A stretch of DNA of 64,000 nt, taken from NCBI GenBank assembly GCA_039815185.1, contig JBCBZT010000017.1:1-64000 (forward strand), given 5' to 3'. The stretch's first letter is position 1, and every line of letters begins with the position of its first letter. Both the position numbers and the translations under genes were made by a program. This stretch comes from Cyanobacteria bacterium P01_A01_bin.123 (lineage in GTDB: Bacteria > Cyanobacteriota > Cyanobacteriia > Phormidesmidales > Phormidesmidaceae). Of this stretch, positions 27,641-38,471 are shown in pieces. The notes under the pieces are model-generated. The model was given only the letters and a program-made list of their open reading frames with translations, ran no database searches and had not been told where the DNA came from.

Positions 27641-29500
27641 GTGAGTAAATCTGTTTCTTCCCGTCGATCTAACTACTATCCGCTAGGGCTGATAGGGCAA
27701 GGGCAGTTTGGCCGTGTGTTTTGTGGGGTCCATCGGGAGACGGCTGAACTGGCAGCTTTAAAGGTCATCAGCCGCGATCGCTTACCGACCTATAATTTTT
27801 TGCGCGAGCTGCGCTTTTTAATCAGCTTAGAGCATCCTAATATCGTCGGATGTCGCGCCATCGAGCATACCGCAACAGGGCGACGCTTAGTGATGGACTA
27901 TTGCGAAGGGGGCACCCTGCGCAGCTGGATGGAAGCGCGTGCCCAACTGTCTACCCAAGAGGGGTTGCGGTTGATCATGGATGTGTTGACGGGGTTAGAA
28001 CATGCCCATAGCCAGGGGATTGTGCACTGTGACATCAAACCCGAAAATATATTACTAACCCTGACGGACAGGGGATGGATTGCCAAGATTTCAGACTTTG
28101 GTATAGCTCGCCTCAGCCAAGAGATGCAATCTGAATCAGGCAATACCGGATCGCCTGCCTATATGGCACCCGAGCGGTTTTATAATCGGCATTCTGCCGC
28201 GTCAGATCTCTATGCTGTGGGCGTGATTTTGTTTGAATTGCTGCTCGGCGATCGCCCGTTTTCTGGTGTGCCAGCTGATTTGATGCTATCTCACTTGAAT
28301 CGACCCGTTCAAATTCCAACCTCATTGCCCGTGGTCGTACAGGAGATCCTACGGCGATCGCTGCAAAAACTCCCCGCTCGCCGATTTAGTTCTGCCACTG
28401 AGATGCGAGCTGCGATCGCCACAATTGCAGATCAACGGGCCACTGCCCTGCTCCCCACCATACCCCCCCAGTCCGCTTCGCTCCTACTTTCAGCCCCCTG
28501 GCAAGCAGTAGGACAAGTTGTGTTGCCCCACCCCATTACCCATCTAGCGATTCTTCCATCTGTTTTGCCGTACCCCACCCAACCGTCCACTGCTGAGCCG
28601 AACCAGTGGGTGCTTTGCGGTCATCAACATCACCTAGTGGGTTTACAGTATCCTGATGGCTGTATCACCGGCGATATTTCCCCCAAGGTGACCCCGCTCA
28701 ACTTGCCAGAACCGCTGTGTCAACTACAGGGAGGCAGGTGGGAGAATCGATCGGGGTGCTTTATGGTAACCCAAACGGCTGCCCAAACCCAGCTGTATTA
28801 CTGGGTGCCCCCTTGGCGCCCACCGCTGCCGTCGGCGATGGCCTGCCAGAATCGAGCTTTGGCCGTTACCCCCTGGCCTGATCTACCACCCCACATGGCA
28901 GCAGCAGAAACCTGGTGGGCTCTGGGCACCGCTGCCACAGCAGAGCAACCCGGATGCTTAACCGTTGGTGGACGGAACCGAACAACACGCCATGTCCCAC
29001 ATCCCCTCTCCGCGTTGCTAGCACTCTTCATTTTGGATAAGCGTTACGGTGTGATAGTGACCCGTCAGGGGCCAGACAGCTTCTTCCAAGTCTTTACTTG
29101 CCGGGGACGATGGTTGGGACGACTGCGGTTACCGATATTGCTCAGTCAAGTTTGGCAAACGCCCACGCCCTATCGACTCTTGGCCTTAGCAACGGGAGAA
29201 CAGGGCAAATTTGCCTGGATGATTGATCTCAAACCGTTTCGGGTGTTTCGCATCCAATTACCCATTGTTGCTACGCTGGCAGCCGTTGCAGAGTGGGGTT
29301 TTGTGTTTGGAGATGCCGGAGGGCAGCTTTATCTTTGCGATCGTGATGGGGATGCCCTGGGTACTGTCCAAGGTCCTGCTAATCTGACTGCTTTACAAAC
29401 CTGTCAAAGTCGGGGCTTACTCGTGGCCGCCACTCAAAATGGTCAAAGCACGCTATACAGTGTGGATATTGAGAAGTTTTCCCTAGATATCATCTTTTAG
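27641..29500 (+). CDS. Ser/Thr protein kinase (SpkG/Slr0152-like)
   Basis: GQGQFG, AALK, HCDIKPEN, DFG, YMAPE; position at the end of the V4R operon. Confidence 0.9.
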   Translation: MSKSVSSRRSNYYPLGLIGQGQFGRVFCGVHRETAELAALKVISRDRLPTYNFLRELRFLISLEHPNIVGCRAIEHTATGRRLVMDYCEGGTLRSWMEARAQLSTQEGLRLIMDVLTGLEHAHSQGIVHCDIKPENILLTLTDRGWIAKISDFGIARLSQEMQSESGNTGSPAYMAPERFYNRHSAASDLYAVGVILFELLLGDRPFSGVPADLMLSHLNRPVQIPTSLPVVVQEILRRSLQKLPARRFSSATEMRAAIATIADQRATALLPTIPPQSASLLLSAPWQAVGQVVLPHPITHLAILPSVLPYPTQPSTAEPNQWVLCGHQHHLVGLQYPDGCITGDISPKVTPLNLPEPLCQLQGGRWENRSGCFMVTQTAAQTQLYYWVPPWRPPLPSAMACQNRALAVTPWPDLPPHMAAAETWWALGTAATAEQPGCLTVGGRNRTTRHVPHPLSALLALFILDKRYGVIVTRQGPDSFFQVFTCRGRWLGRLRLPILLSQVWQTPTPYRLLALATGEQGKFAWMIDLKPFRVFRIQLPIVATLAAVAEWGFVFGDAGGQLYLCDRDGDALGTVQGPANLTALQTCQSRGLLVAATQNGQSTLYSVDIEKFSLDIIF

Positions 29501-29583
29501 GGGTTACCCGAAATCCCTCCATTCAAATATCTTTTAGAGGCGTGATATATCGTACTTCTAGAAGGGAGAGCAGCAGTCGCCGA

Positions 29584-31722
29584 TCAATTTTGCCGGATGT
29601 CTTCAATCTGCGCATCAAGGCCATAGTGTTGCAACATCTCAACCATCTCAATCGCAACGGATTCTTCTTCATAGGCCCCGGTTTGCATCATCACCCGCCC
29701 TTGAAATCGGGTGCGAAAAGCATCAGATACGAGCGATCGCACTTGGTTTTGCGTAGTCTCATCGGGGGCTTCGACTAACACGCGATAATACAGACCCAGA
29801 GCAGCGGCCCTTGAGGGTGGAGACGGAGGTGCCCCCCCAGCACTGGCTAACGTAGCCGGAACAATGACGTTGGCCATCCCCCCAGGGCTGCCAACGGGCA
29901 CATTGGAATTGGGTACGCGCAACACATCACCGTCAGGTTGGGGCAAACTAGCCCCGTCGTCCGGCACTGCTGGCAAATCATTTGGCAAATCATTCTCGAC
30001 GGTGCTTGGAGACTGTTCAGGTGCTGCTTCAACGGTTGGCGGAATCACTGCAATCTCAACTGCATCGGGTTGAGCATTGGGAGGGGTTGGTGAGGCGGTC
30101 TGTTCGCGATTGTCTGGGGTATCCGTTAAGGGTCGGGAGAGATCTCCCGGTCGGCGCAAGTTTAGGCGGGCAAAGAGCGCATCTACATCTGGCCCAGGAT
30201 CCGCGTTAGGAGCTGGCGTCGCAGCGGTATTGTTGGCAGCAACGGTGGGTGGCTCGGTGGCAGGTAGCGCTGCTGAGTCGCCGGACGGTATGGGCTCAGC
30301 AGCGGCTGGATCTGGCGTTGGCCCGATAGCAAGGGGGACGGCGTCTACCCCAGATGTTTCCGTAACGGACGGTTCAGTAACGGGTGGCAGCGGTTCTACC
30401 GAAGGGGCAGCAGCGGTTGGCGCAGGTAGATCGGGCAAGGAGGCCGCTGAAGTCGCTGCTATCGAGGCAGGTTGTTCGGGCACACTGGGTGGGGAAGCCG
30501 CGATCTCAGTAACGGGGTCTGCGGTGGTTTCCGCGTGGTCAGGGGCGGGGGCTGCTGCTGGCGGTTCTGTTGGCCCTGCTGCTACCGCTGTTGATGAAGA
30601 TGTCGAAGCAGGTGGTTCAGCGATCGCGGTTGATGGGGCTTCAGGGATAGGCGGTGCGGTTTGCCCGCTTGGGGCTGGAGCCTGCTGGGTGGCTACGCTA
30701 GAGTCTGCCGGACTAACAGGTGGCCCAGGTACCGTTTCGGTGGCAGCTGCTCCCGCTGGTGTGGTTGCCGCTGTATTGGCACTAGGGGTAGGACGTATCA
30801 CGGCTGCGATCGCCGGGGCATCTCCAAAATCAACGACACCGTTGCGGCGGTTGTGACGGATGTCGTTGCCTTCTAAAACCGGATCAGCACCTGAGAGCAA
30901 AACAATACCCTCTCGGTTTTGCACGATTCGGTTGTTGATAATGCGGGGCATCGCCGATTCAGAAACGGTAATGCCTACCCCAGTTTGTTCAAATAAATTC
31001 TCTTGCACCGTGGCCGTAGACGCACCATAAATCACCAACCCGGCCACCGCGTTTTGATAAAAGTGGTTGCGGGCGATCATCGGTTCCCCCTGACCCGCGA
31101 TAAAAATCCCGGCATGGCCGCTACCCGCGAACACATTTTCAAGCAACACTGGGCTACCTGCCTCAATCCAAACCCCCTGCCCCTGACCGCTTGGATTAGA
31201 AACCATGACATGGGCTAGCCCTGAGCGATCGGCTGCGACGATGGTGACATTTTGCAGCGATAGGGTGGGGCTGACAAAATCCCCCCCGCCTCGAATCACG
31301 GCTTGGGGGACATTGCTGCTCGGGTTGCCCTGTACGGTGACCCCTGGCTTGAGGTTCAGAGGGAATTGCTCACCGCTTTCAGCACTGTAGGTTCCGGGTG
31401 CCAGCACAATCACTGTGTTCGGGGCTGCGATCTCCAGGGCGTAGGTAATGGTGCGTAATGGCTGGCGTTCGCCCCCGCTGCCGGCTTGATCAACCCCCGC
31501 AGTCGGGTTCACAAATAGCATGGTATAGCCATTCGGGGTTTGAACGCGATCGTCGCTGCCCTCTTGATTAAACGGATTGGGCAAATTGTTCCCTTGCAGT
31601 GGACGCGTTTGAGCTAGGGCCGAGGTAGTCGGTGCCACCCCCGCAATCGCCAGAATTTCCCCTGCCCAAAGCAGTAGGGGTAGGGCTAAAACCGTATTCA
31701 AAGCAGCGCGTAGTGCGGTCAT
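29584..31722 (-). CDS. DUF1565 beta-helix protein with Pro/Ala/Thr linker and C-terminal SPOR-like domain
   Basis: Signal peptide; PLRTITYAL and LAPGTYSAESGEQFPL; parallel beta-helix repeats; C-terminal YRVLV...DAF...MQTGAY. Confidence 0.82.
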   Translation of the reverse strand: MTALRAALNTVLALPLLLWAGEILAIAGVAPTTSALAQTRPLQGNNLPNPFNQEGSDDRVQTPNGYTMLFVNPTAGVDQAGSGGERQPLRTITYALEIAAPNTVIVLAPGTYSAESGEQFPLNLKPGVTVQGNPSSNVPQAVIRGGGDFVSPTLSLQNVTIVAADRSGLAHVMVSNPSGQGQGVWIEAGSPVLLENVFAGSGHAGIFIAGQGEPMIARNHFYQNAVAGLVIYGASTATVQENLFEQTGVGITVSESAMPRIINNRIVQNREGIVLLSGADPVLEGNDIRHNRRNGVVDFGDAPAIAAVIRPTPSANTAATTPAGAAATETVPGPPVSPADSSVATQQAPAPSGQTAPPIPEAPSTAIAEPPASTSSSTAVAAGPTEPPAAAPAPDHAETTADPVTEIAASPPSVPEQPASIAATSAASLPDLPAPTAAAPSVEPLPPVTEPSVTETSGVDAVPLAIGPTPDPAAAEPIPSGDSAALPATEPPTVAANNTAATPAPNADPGPDVDALFARLNLRRPGDLSRPLTDTPDNREQTASPTPPNAQPDAVEIAVIPPTVEAAPEQSPSTVENDLPNDLPAVPDDGASLPQPDGDVLRVPNSNVPVGSPGGMANVIVPATLASAGGAPPSPPSRAAALGLYYRVLVEAPDETTQNQVRSLVSDAFRTRFQGRVMMQTGAYEEESVAIEMVEMLQHYGLDAQIEDIRQN

Positions 31723-31865
31723 AAAGCGTGAGGATTTTTAGGAGACGAGACGAACAATTTGATAACTCAAATGGCGGTGTTGGGAACCCAAATGTTAAGT
31801 AAGTTAACCAAACAGTTCAAGCTGCTAGGATAAAACCGTCTTGTTGGATGGCTTGAAAAATTGGC

Positions 31866-32957
31866 ATGGCGGAGTTGTATTCATCCAGTAGCAATAGCGC
31901 TTCAGAGCTGATCTCTGATTACCGTCAAGTGTCACCGACTACCCTCTATCGCATCCTAGATGCGAACTTCGATCGCGCCCGCGAAGGCTTGAGAATTATC
32001 GAAGAATGGTGCCGCTTTGGCCTCAACCATGCTCAGTTCACGAATCAAATCAAGCAGTGGCGGCAAACCCTAGCCCATTGGCACTGGGCAGAGATCCGTG
32101 CCGCCCGTGATACCCCCAGCGATCCAGGTGTGGAGCTGACCCACCCCCAAGAAGCGATTCGCACGAATCTACAGCAAGTCCTCCAAGCAAACTTTTGCCG
32201 AGTGCAGGAAGCCCTGCGCGTGCTGGAAGAATATGGGAAGCTAATCAACCCTGATATGGGAGCTACGTTTAAGCGCATGCGCTACCAGGTTTATACCTTA
32301 GAGAGTCAACTCGGTCTCTACCAGCGACAGGACAAGCTCCAACAGGCCCAAACCTACCTGGTCACTTCTCCCCACGAACACCTGATCGATGTGGTAGAAG
32401 CTGCCCTCAAAGGGGGATTAGGTATCGTGCAGTACCGAGAAAAAGTCGCCCATGACTGTGATCGCTGGCCGATCGTGCAGCAGCTACGATCACTTTGTGA
32501 CCAATACGGGGCGCTGTTTCTAGTTAATGATCGGATCGATTTGGCCCTAGCCGCTAACGCTGACGGGGTACACCTCGGGCAACAGGATTTGCCTATCACC
32601 GTCGCCCGCCAACTGCTGGGCGATCAAGCCATCATTGGCCGTTCCACAACTAGCCCCGATGAAATGCAACGGGCGATTGCCGAAGGCGCAGATTACATTG
32701 GCGTTGGCCCTGTCTATGCCACACCAACTAAACCCGACAAAGCAGCTGCGGGGCTTGATTACGTGCGTCATGTCGCTGCCCATGCAACCCTGCCGTGGTT
32801 TGCGATTGGCGGCATCGACAGTCACAATCTGCGTGAAGTGATTGATGCTGGAGCCCAACGCGTTGCCATTGTCCGCGCCATCATGCAGGCTGACAACCCT
32901 ACGCTGATCACCCAATCCCTAGCCACCCAACTCCCGCCCCTACGCGCGAAACCATGA
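31866..32957 (+). CDS. thiE: Thiamine-phosphate synthase (long cyanobacterial form)
   Basis: RILDANFDRAREGLR N-domain; VQYREK, NDRID, GVHLGQ, TPTKP, AIGGI. Confidence 0.95.
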   Translation: MAELYSSSSNSASELISDYRQVSPTTLYRILDANFDRAREGLRIIEEWCRFGLNHAQFTNQIKQWRQTLAHWHWAEIRAARDTPSDPGVELTHPQEAIRTNLQQVLQANFCRVQEALRVLEEYGKLINPDMGATFKRMRYQVYTLESQLGLYQRQDKLQQAQTYLVTSPHEHLIDVVEAALKGGLGIVQYREKVAHDCDRWPIVQQLRSLCDQYGALFLVNDRIDLALAANADGVHLGQQDLPITVARQLLGDQAIIGRSTTSPDEMQRAIAEGADYIGVGPVYATPTKPDKAAAGLDYVRHVAAHATLPWFAIGGIDSHNLREVIDAGAQRVAIVRAIMQADNPTLITQSLATQLPPLRAKP

Positions 32958-33187
32958 GCGATCCCTCTCCCAGCAACGCCATTGCCTTACAAGTCAATGG
33001 CAAAGCTCATACCTGTGCCGCCCGTGTAACCCTGCCCGAGCTCTTGACGCAGCTGGGTCTTAATCCCAGACTTGTGGCCGTAGAATATAACGGAGAAATC
33101 CTCCATCGGCAATTTTGGGATACGACTGAAATGCAGTCGGGCGATCGATTGGAGGTTGTCACGATTGTGGGGGGAGGGATTAAGTGA
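32954..33187 (+). CDS. thiS: Sulfur carrier protein ThiS
   Basis: VAVEYNGEIL...GDRLEVVTIVGGG (followed by IK); overlaps the thiE stop. Confidence 0.93.
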   Translation: MSDPSPSNAIALQVNGKAHTCAARVTLPELLTQLGLNPRLVAVEYNGEILHRQFWDTTEMQSGDRLEVVTIVGGGIK

Positions 33188-33336
33188 GGGAGAGATGAGG
33201 AGGTTAGGGAGTTGGGGAGCTGGGTTAACTAAGCTGATTTGAAAGAAAATAGAATTCTTTTCGGGTGTGCTGCTAGTACCTATGTCATGGTAGTGATTTC
33301 CCTACCCACCCAACCCTCCCTAGCTTGATTTCTGCC

Positions 33337-33810
33337 TTATTTCTGAAGGGTGGTTTCTTCGACTTGGGCCAAAATGCGATCGCGAAAATCGGTGTCGCTG
33401 TTGGCGAGACCTAAAAGCTGTCCATATTCTTGACGAGTTAGCCCGGCCTGCTCGATTAGGGTAAAGGCTTCTAAACGAATTTGCCGTTGCATCTGAACCG
33501 ATTCTGATTCAGTTTCCACCCGTTGCAAATCGATTTCCCTTTGATCAATCAAATCCACAATTTGTAGGTAAACCTTGACAAATTGCTTCACCTTTTCGGA
33601 TGAAATGTCGCTAGCAGATAATTTAGGAGCGATAGCTGGAGCGATGATTTCACTGGGCTCCGATGTTGGTAGAACTGTATCGGCAAGACTTTCACCCGCA
33701 AAAATTAATAAACTACTCCAGCACAGCAGCAGGCATACCCCTTTGCATAAAATGGCGCTTAAGTTCGGCGATCGCCGCCAAATCCCCAAAAAATATGAAA
33801 TCAGGTTCAT
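33337..33810 (-). CDS. DUF4168-like secreted protein (start uncertain)
   Basis: Hydrophobic leader; KVKQFV.VYL...GLT.QEY pattern. Confidence 0.7.
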   Translation of the reverse strand: MNLISYFLGIWRRSPNLSAILCKGVCLLLCWSSLLIFAGESLADTVLPTSEPSEIIAPAIAPKLSASDISSEKVKQFVKVYLQIVDLIDQREIDLQRVETESESVQMQRQIRLEAFTLIEQAGLTRQEYGQLLGLANSDTDFRDRILAQVEETTLQK

Positions 33811-33942
33811 GGATGATGAAACTTCAAACGGTGTGTTATCCTGTTTCACTGGAAAGCAAATTTCTGCCGATATGCATAGCCTCAACTTATTGAGTCGGCA
33901 GACTGTTCTAGCAATGTAACGTGGAATTTGAAAAATTTAATT

Positions 33943-34182
33943 ATGACAGATACCTTGGTGAGCCAGCAGGTTGTTCATCCCATGGAGAAATTCCAGGGTA
34001 AAGTGCAATCCTTGGTTAGCTCCAGACTGATTCAACCGACCGATCGTCTGTGGAAGATCGCTTTTTTGTTTGGCGATGATTGGGCCTATTGGAAGCGGGA
34101 ACTCGAAGAATTTGAGTTCACAATGCAAGACACCATCGGTGACCTCTTGGCTGTCGAATCTTGGGAAGAAGATCCCGAATAG
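33943..34182 (+). CDS. DUF4327-family protein
   Basis: HPMEKFQ.KV.SLV...LWKIAFLFGDDW. Confidence 0.8.
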   Translation: MTDTLVSQQVVHPMEKFQGKVQSLVSSRLIQPTDRLWKIAFLFGDDWAYWKRELEEFEFTMQDTIGDLLAVESWEEDPE

Positions 34183-34267
34183 AGTGCCTTGGTTAGCATC
34201 AATGTGCTCCCTAGGCTGGCAGTGACTGTTCTGATGGTGATTACTTCTTTTAATGGTGGTGATCCAA

Positions 34268-34304
34268 AGGTCACTCATCCTGCTTTTAGCAGGATGAGTG
34301 ACCT
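34268..34304. terminator. Perfect 17-bp-arm hairpin between convergent genes
   Basis: aggtcactcatcctgct-ttt-agcaggatgagtgacct. Confidence 0.6.
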
Positions 34305-34391
34305 AGAAACTCCAAATGCCCTGTCTGACTTTGTTGAAGCCAGACAGGGCATTTGGAGTGTGAGCGCTCTTGAATTAATGAATAAACTCCG

Positions 34392-36611
34392 CTAGTTACG
34401 GAGCTTTTCCAAGTTGGGCCTAACTTTGACCCGTACTGCAATCACAGTGATGTTGTCGTGGCCGTTTTGCACATTAGCAAGTTCAATTAAATCTGCAACC
34501 CCTTCTTCGAGGTCGTGACGCGATCGCAACAGCGGATCGACATGGCTCGTGCAATGAGTTTCCAGCAAATCATTGTCGCTCAACCCATCGGAGCACAATA
34601 CGAAGAGCGTGTCTTCATTTAGATCGATATAGTTCACACTGGGGCGAATATCTTCGCTGTCTCTAGGGCCAAGGGCTTGGGTTAACTGATAAGCGTCTGG
34701 GCGAGCATAGGCGATAGCAGGCTCCACACCACGCTTAATTTCTCGCTGGCCCACTTCATGGTCTATGGTGGCTTGCTGGAGTCCCAGACGACGGCTGTAG
34801 CGATATAGTCGACTATCGCCCACATGGGCTACAACGGCTTGGGTATCTTGCAGCAAAACCATCACCAGGGTGGTGCCCATACGTCCGCTGCCGGATCGCT
34901 CATCTTGGATATTGAGGTCGTAGATGGCGCGATTGGCTTCTGCGATCGCAGTTTGGATACTCTCTTCCGGAGGCAAATCTTCGCCCCAGTGCTGCTCAAA
35001 ATAGGCCTGTAAGGTTTGTACGGCTAACGCACTAGCGACTTCCCCACCCTCGTGGCCCCCCATGCCGTCGCACAAGATGTAGAGTCCTTTAGCCGCAAGC
35101 TTGCGGCCACTAGGTATCTCTTGCTTGTGCAATTCTGTGCGGATGTAAAACGAATCTTCGTTGTGATCCCGTTGTTGCCCCACGTGGGTCTGACCCGCTT
35201 CGTCTAAACCCACCAACACCATGGGCAACACCATGGTGGATTCAGCGAAGTCAGTTTCGTCTTCTTCGTCCGGTGGCGGTAGCTCGTTGTTGTTGTTAAT
35301 ATCTGTGCCAATCAAAGACGCTGCGACATCATGCAGATTGGTCGACACTGCCTCAATATCTTCCTCCAGCACGGTCTCCAAATCAGCAGTGTTGTCAGAA
35401 TCCGTCTCTGCGATCACCCTCGACGACTGTTCTTCGACTCCTGACTCTGAGACGCTCGCCTCTGGCTTGTTTGATACCGCTTCTGCGTCTAAATCACCCT
35501 GTTCATCTGCTTCCCAACTATCAGGGCTGGCTTCAGTTTCCGTTTTGGGTATTGATTCGGGATTCAGGACTAGTTCAGGTTGACTTTGAGCTTGTAACGT
35601 ATCTGCAATTTGAGCCAGCTCACTTTGCAGAGGTTGAAGCTGGTCTATTTCTCCCCCAGCAACGTCATGGGCTAACTGCTTTAAAGGGGCTAGAACATTG
35701 GGCAGAGTTCGCAACAAATCTTCCCAAAACTGGCCGAGTTCGATGAGTTGTTTACCGTTTGGGGTGGGCTGACAATAAAGTCGGCGTAAACATAAAATTC
35801 GATCTTCATCGACGCATAAATTGTCTTGTTTGAGCAAGCTAGCCTGCCCATGCCACGGTGCTAAGGCATGCCACAAATCAGTCATTTCAAAAAACCAATG
35901 CACCTGCTGTAGCGGATCAGCGATTTGGTCAGACCAAGTGTCACTGAGCTGAGTTAATTGGGTTCGATTTTCCAGCAACAGCACGGTGTAATCATCTTGC
36001 TGCCAAGCCGCATAAAGTTCAGGCAACACTGGAAACAATTTATTTTGCAGCTTGATATAAGGATGAGCTGCTACTGGGAGTTGTTCCATTAACGTCACTT
36101 CAATGGACTCCGTCGATGACTCAGCTTCTAAAAGTGCCGTTTGTAGCGCATCAAGTGGAGAAGGATCCCCAGGATGACAGTCAATCACCTCAGCTTCTAA
36201 TTCCTGACCTGGGGCAACAGGGCGTTCCACTTGCGGTGACTGAAGTTGATAACGATTGGCTGCATCCAAAAACTCTCCACTCAAAGGTGTTGACGCTGCC
36301 GCTGCCGTTAAGTGACTGGGATGAGAGGCCGTATCCTCTGGCTTATCGTCTGATTCATGTGCCGCCAGAGTGCTGTCATCTGTACCCGAGTGTTCCAATG
36401 CAAAGCGGTTTATATCAGAGGTTGCTGGTGGTTCTGTGGCGATAGAAGCTGCAGCAGCACTGATGCCATCGGTCGAGGGTGCTGGGTCGCAGGCGTCAGT
36501 AGATGCTTGCCGCATCACAATCGCACTCACAATCCTGAGCGGATGCCCACAGTTCTGGCAGAACCGATTATGTTCAGGATTTTCAAACTCGCACTTTGCA
36601 CAAACAAGCAT
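34392..36611 (-). CDS. PP2C-family Ser/Thr phosphatase with N-terminal zinc ribbon
   Basis: CAKC...FCQNCG; RDHNED, CDGMGGH, MGTT, HVGDSR, CSDGL, GHDNIT. Confidence 0.93.
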   Translation of the reverse strand: MLVCAKCEFENPEHNRFCQNCGHPLRIVSAIVMRQASTDACDPAPSTDGISAAAASIATEPPATSDINRFALEHSGTDDSTLAAHESDDKPEDTASHPSHLTAAAASTPLSGEFLDAANRYQLQSPQVERPVAPGQELEAEVIDCHPGDPSPLDALQTALLEAESSTESIEVTLMEQLPVAAHPYIKLQNKLFPVLPELYAAWQQDDYTVLLLENRTQLTQLSDTWSDQIADPLQQVHWFFEMTDLWHALAPWHGQASLLKQDNLCVDEDRILCLRRLYCQPTPNGKQLIELGQFWEDLLRTLPNVLAPLKQLAHDVAGGEIDQLQPLQSELAQIADTLQAQSQPELVLNPESIPKTETEASPDSWEADEQGDLDAEAVSNKPEASVSESGVEEQSSRVIAETDSDNTADLETVLEEDIEAVSTNLHDVAASLIGTDINNNNELPPPDEEDETDFAESTMVLPMVLVGLDEAGQTHVGQQRDHNEDSFYIRTELHKQEIPSGRKLAAKGLYILCDGMGGHEGGEVASALAVQTLQAYFEQHWGEDLPPEESIQTAIAEANRAIYDLNIQDERSGSGRMGTTLVMVLLQDTQAVVAHVGDSRLYRYSRRLGLQQATIDHEVGQREIKRGVEPAIAYARPDAYQLTQALGPRDSEDIRPSVNYIDLNEDTLFVLCSDGLSDNDLLETHCTSHVDPLLRSRHDLEEGVADLIELANVQNGHDNITVIAVRVKVRPNLEKLRN

Positions 36612-36916
36612 GATCGGACTATCCGTTAGGCCCAAAGGGTATCCCATACATCCAGAATGCCTCATGAACAACCTTGCTTAACAAAGTACATGATAAATTC
36701 TTGAATTTTTGTCAAAGGTTTTAACTTTCGGCTCAAAATTTGGCGTTACTTGGCCCAGCCAGCTGGATTTAACGCCATCCGATTTGGAGACTTGAATTTT
36801 AGCGCAAGGGGAAACCATGGCGCTAGATGAGGATGAGGCTTAAACCGCGTCCAGCTTGAAATATGACATTTTCCCATCCGCAAAACGTCTGCTTTGGACG
36901 TGGAAACGGTTTAGAG

Positions 36917-37516
36917 TCACAGGCGTAGTTTGACAAGCTGCTCCAGTTGTTTGAGTTCACTGGGCGTTAAGTCACGCCATTCGCCAGGGGAAAGATTAGT
37001 GATTTTCAAATGGGCGATCGCGACGCGCACCAATCGCAGGGTTGGATGACCTACAGACGCTGTCATCCGCCGGACTTGGCGGTTGCGTCCTTCGGTTAAG
37101 GTGAGTTCAAGCCAGGCTGTAGGCACCTGTTTGCGAAAGCGGATCGGCGGTTCCCGAGGTGGCAGGATTGGTTCACGTTGAAGACAGACTACTTTTGCAG
37201 GCCGGGTGCGGTATTGCTGAATGTCTATCCCCTGCCTCAACTGTGTCAGCGCCGTTTCATCGGGGATGTGCTCAATCTGTGCCCAGTAGGTGCGCGGATG
37301 GGCAAACCGAGGATTACTCAACCGATGCTGTAATAAACCGTAATCACTCAGCAGTAGCAGTCCTTCACTGTCGCGATCTAAACGGCCTATGGCATAGACT
37401 CCAGGCACCGAAATATATTGCTTAAGGGTAGGTCTGGGGCCATCCTTAGCCTTGGCATCGGTGAATTGAGTTAAGACGCCGTAGGGTTTATAGAACAACA
37501 AGTAGCGATGAACCAT
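36917..37516 (-). CDS. rRNA pseudouridine synthase (RsuA/RluE family)
   Basis: [30 protein letters not shown]. Confidence 0.93.
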   Translation of the reverse strand: MVHRYLLFYKPYGVLTQFTDAKAKDGPRPTLKQYISVPGVYAIGRLDRDSEGLLLLSDYGLLQHRLSNPRFAHPRTYWAQIEHIPDETALTQLRQGIDIQQYRTRPAKVVCLQREPILPPREPPIRFRKQVPTAWLELTLTEGRNRQVRRMTASVGHPTLRLVRVAIAHLKITNLSPGEWRDLTPSELKQLEQLVKLRL

Positions 37517-37899
37517 GGCAATAGTGCCCAAAAGTTGGACTAGATGATAAAGATAAGCCTACAAACTTTAATTTTTATGAATCTATTGGCTTGATCACAG
37601 GGTAAAATTTTGCCAAGATCGCAATGCTAAACTGCCTATGGGCAAAAGGATATGGGGCCACAATCGTGATTGTTAAGTGACTAAGAAAAGCGCGAAAATT
37701 CGTATCTTAAATACACGAATATTAATGTCGCTAGGTGAGTATTGCGAAAATATTTAGAAACAGCCAGGAGCCAAATTAACCTCGATATCCTGAGCTGTAA
37801 TCTAAACCCCATCCGATTTGAAAACGTGAGTTTTAGCTTACGGAAAAGCTATAGATCTGGATGTGGACGAGGTTTTAAAGAACTCATGCAAGGATTGTT

Positions 37900-38214
37900 A
37901 TGGATCAATCACAAAAGTATCGATTTGTTTGTACGCTAACTTTTGGGGACATCTACGGCCAAATTATTGTCTGGTTGATTGTCTTGTTTGTGAGTTTGGC
38001 AGCAGCTTTAGCGTTGATGGGGGCTAGTCGTCCGATCTATGCCCTAGCGACGGTTGGGTTGATCTTGGTAGTTTCTTTGCCTTTTCTGCTGTTTGCGTTT
38101 GTCACAACACTGCTGAATCATATCGAGTTTGCTGCCGTAGATGCGACGTCAGAACGGCAATTGGCAGCGGATCGAGCTGCTGCGGCCCAAAGAGCAGCTC
38201 AAGCCACAGGCTAA
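37900..38214 (+). CDS. Conserved cyanobacterial two-TM membrane protein
   Basis: CTLTFGDIYGQIIVWL motif; two hydrophobic segments; AAGGA upstream. Confidence 0.8.
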   Translation: MDQSQKYRFVCTLTFGDIYGQIIVWLIVLFVSLAAALALMGASRPIYALATVGLILVVSLPFLLFAFVTTLLNHIEFAAVDATSERQLAADRAAAAQRAAQATG

Positions 38215-38337
38215 TTTTCCAGTTTGATCAAACTGGGTGATTTTAGGCCCAAATGCATCAGTCAGGATAGGGTTTATGGATGTCCTGCTGATGCGTTTTG
38301 GTTTGTTGCCGATACCGCGCAAAAAAGCTTGTTGTCC

Positions 38338-38453
38338 TATAGCAGTCGCCATAAAGCGTGGCGACTGCTATTTGTACGCGACTGCGAGCCAGATTGCTCG
38401 GATACTCAGCATCCCAGCGATACTCGGTGCATTAAGCAATCTCCAGCACGATA
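38338..38453 (+). repeat. Structured dispersed repeat, copy 3, with a 13-nt inverted insertion
   Basis: Aligns to 47094-47198 after removing 38358-38370 and allowing a 2-nt deletion near the right end. Confidence 0.85.
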
Positions 38454-38471
38454 GAACTTGAACTCAGGGTT

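Noticed and set aside
30077..30856. 259-aa Gly/Ala/Ser-rich plus-strand ORF
   Set aside because: Antisense shadow of the low-complexity linker of the DUF1565 gene.
31723..31865. TPP riboswitch before thiE
   Set aside because: No CTGAGA or other TPP aptamer core is visible in this short divergent spacer.
37702..37714. NtcA box upstream of the 37900 gene
   Set aside because: Spacing is GTA-N7-TAC, not N8.
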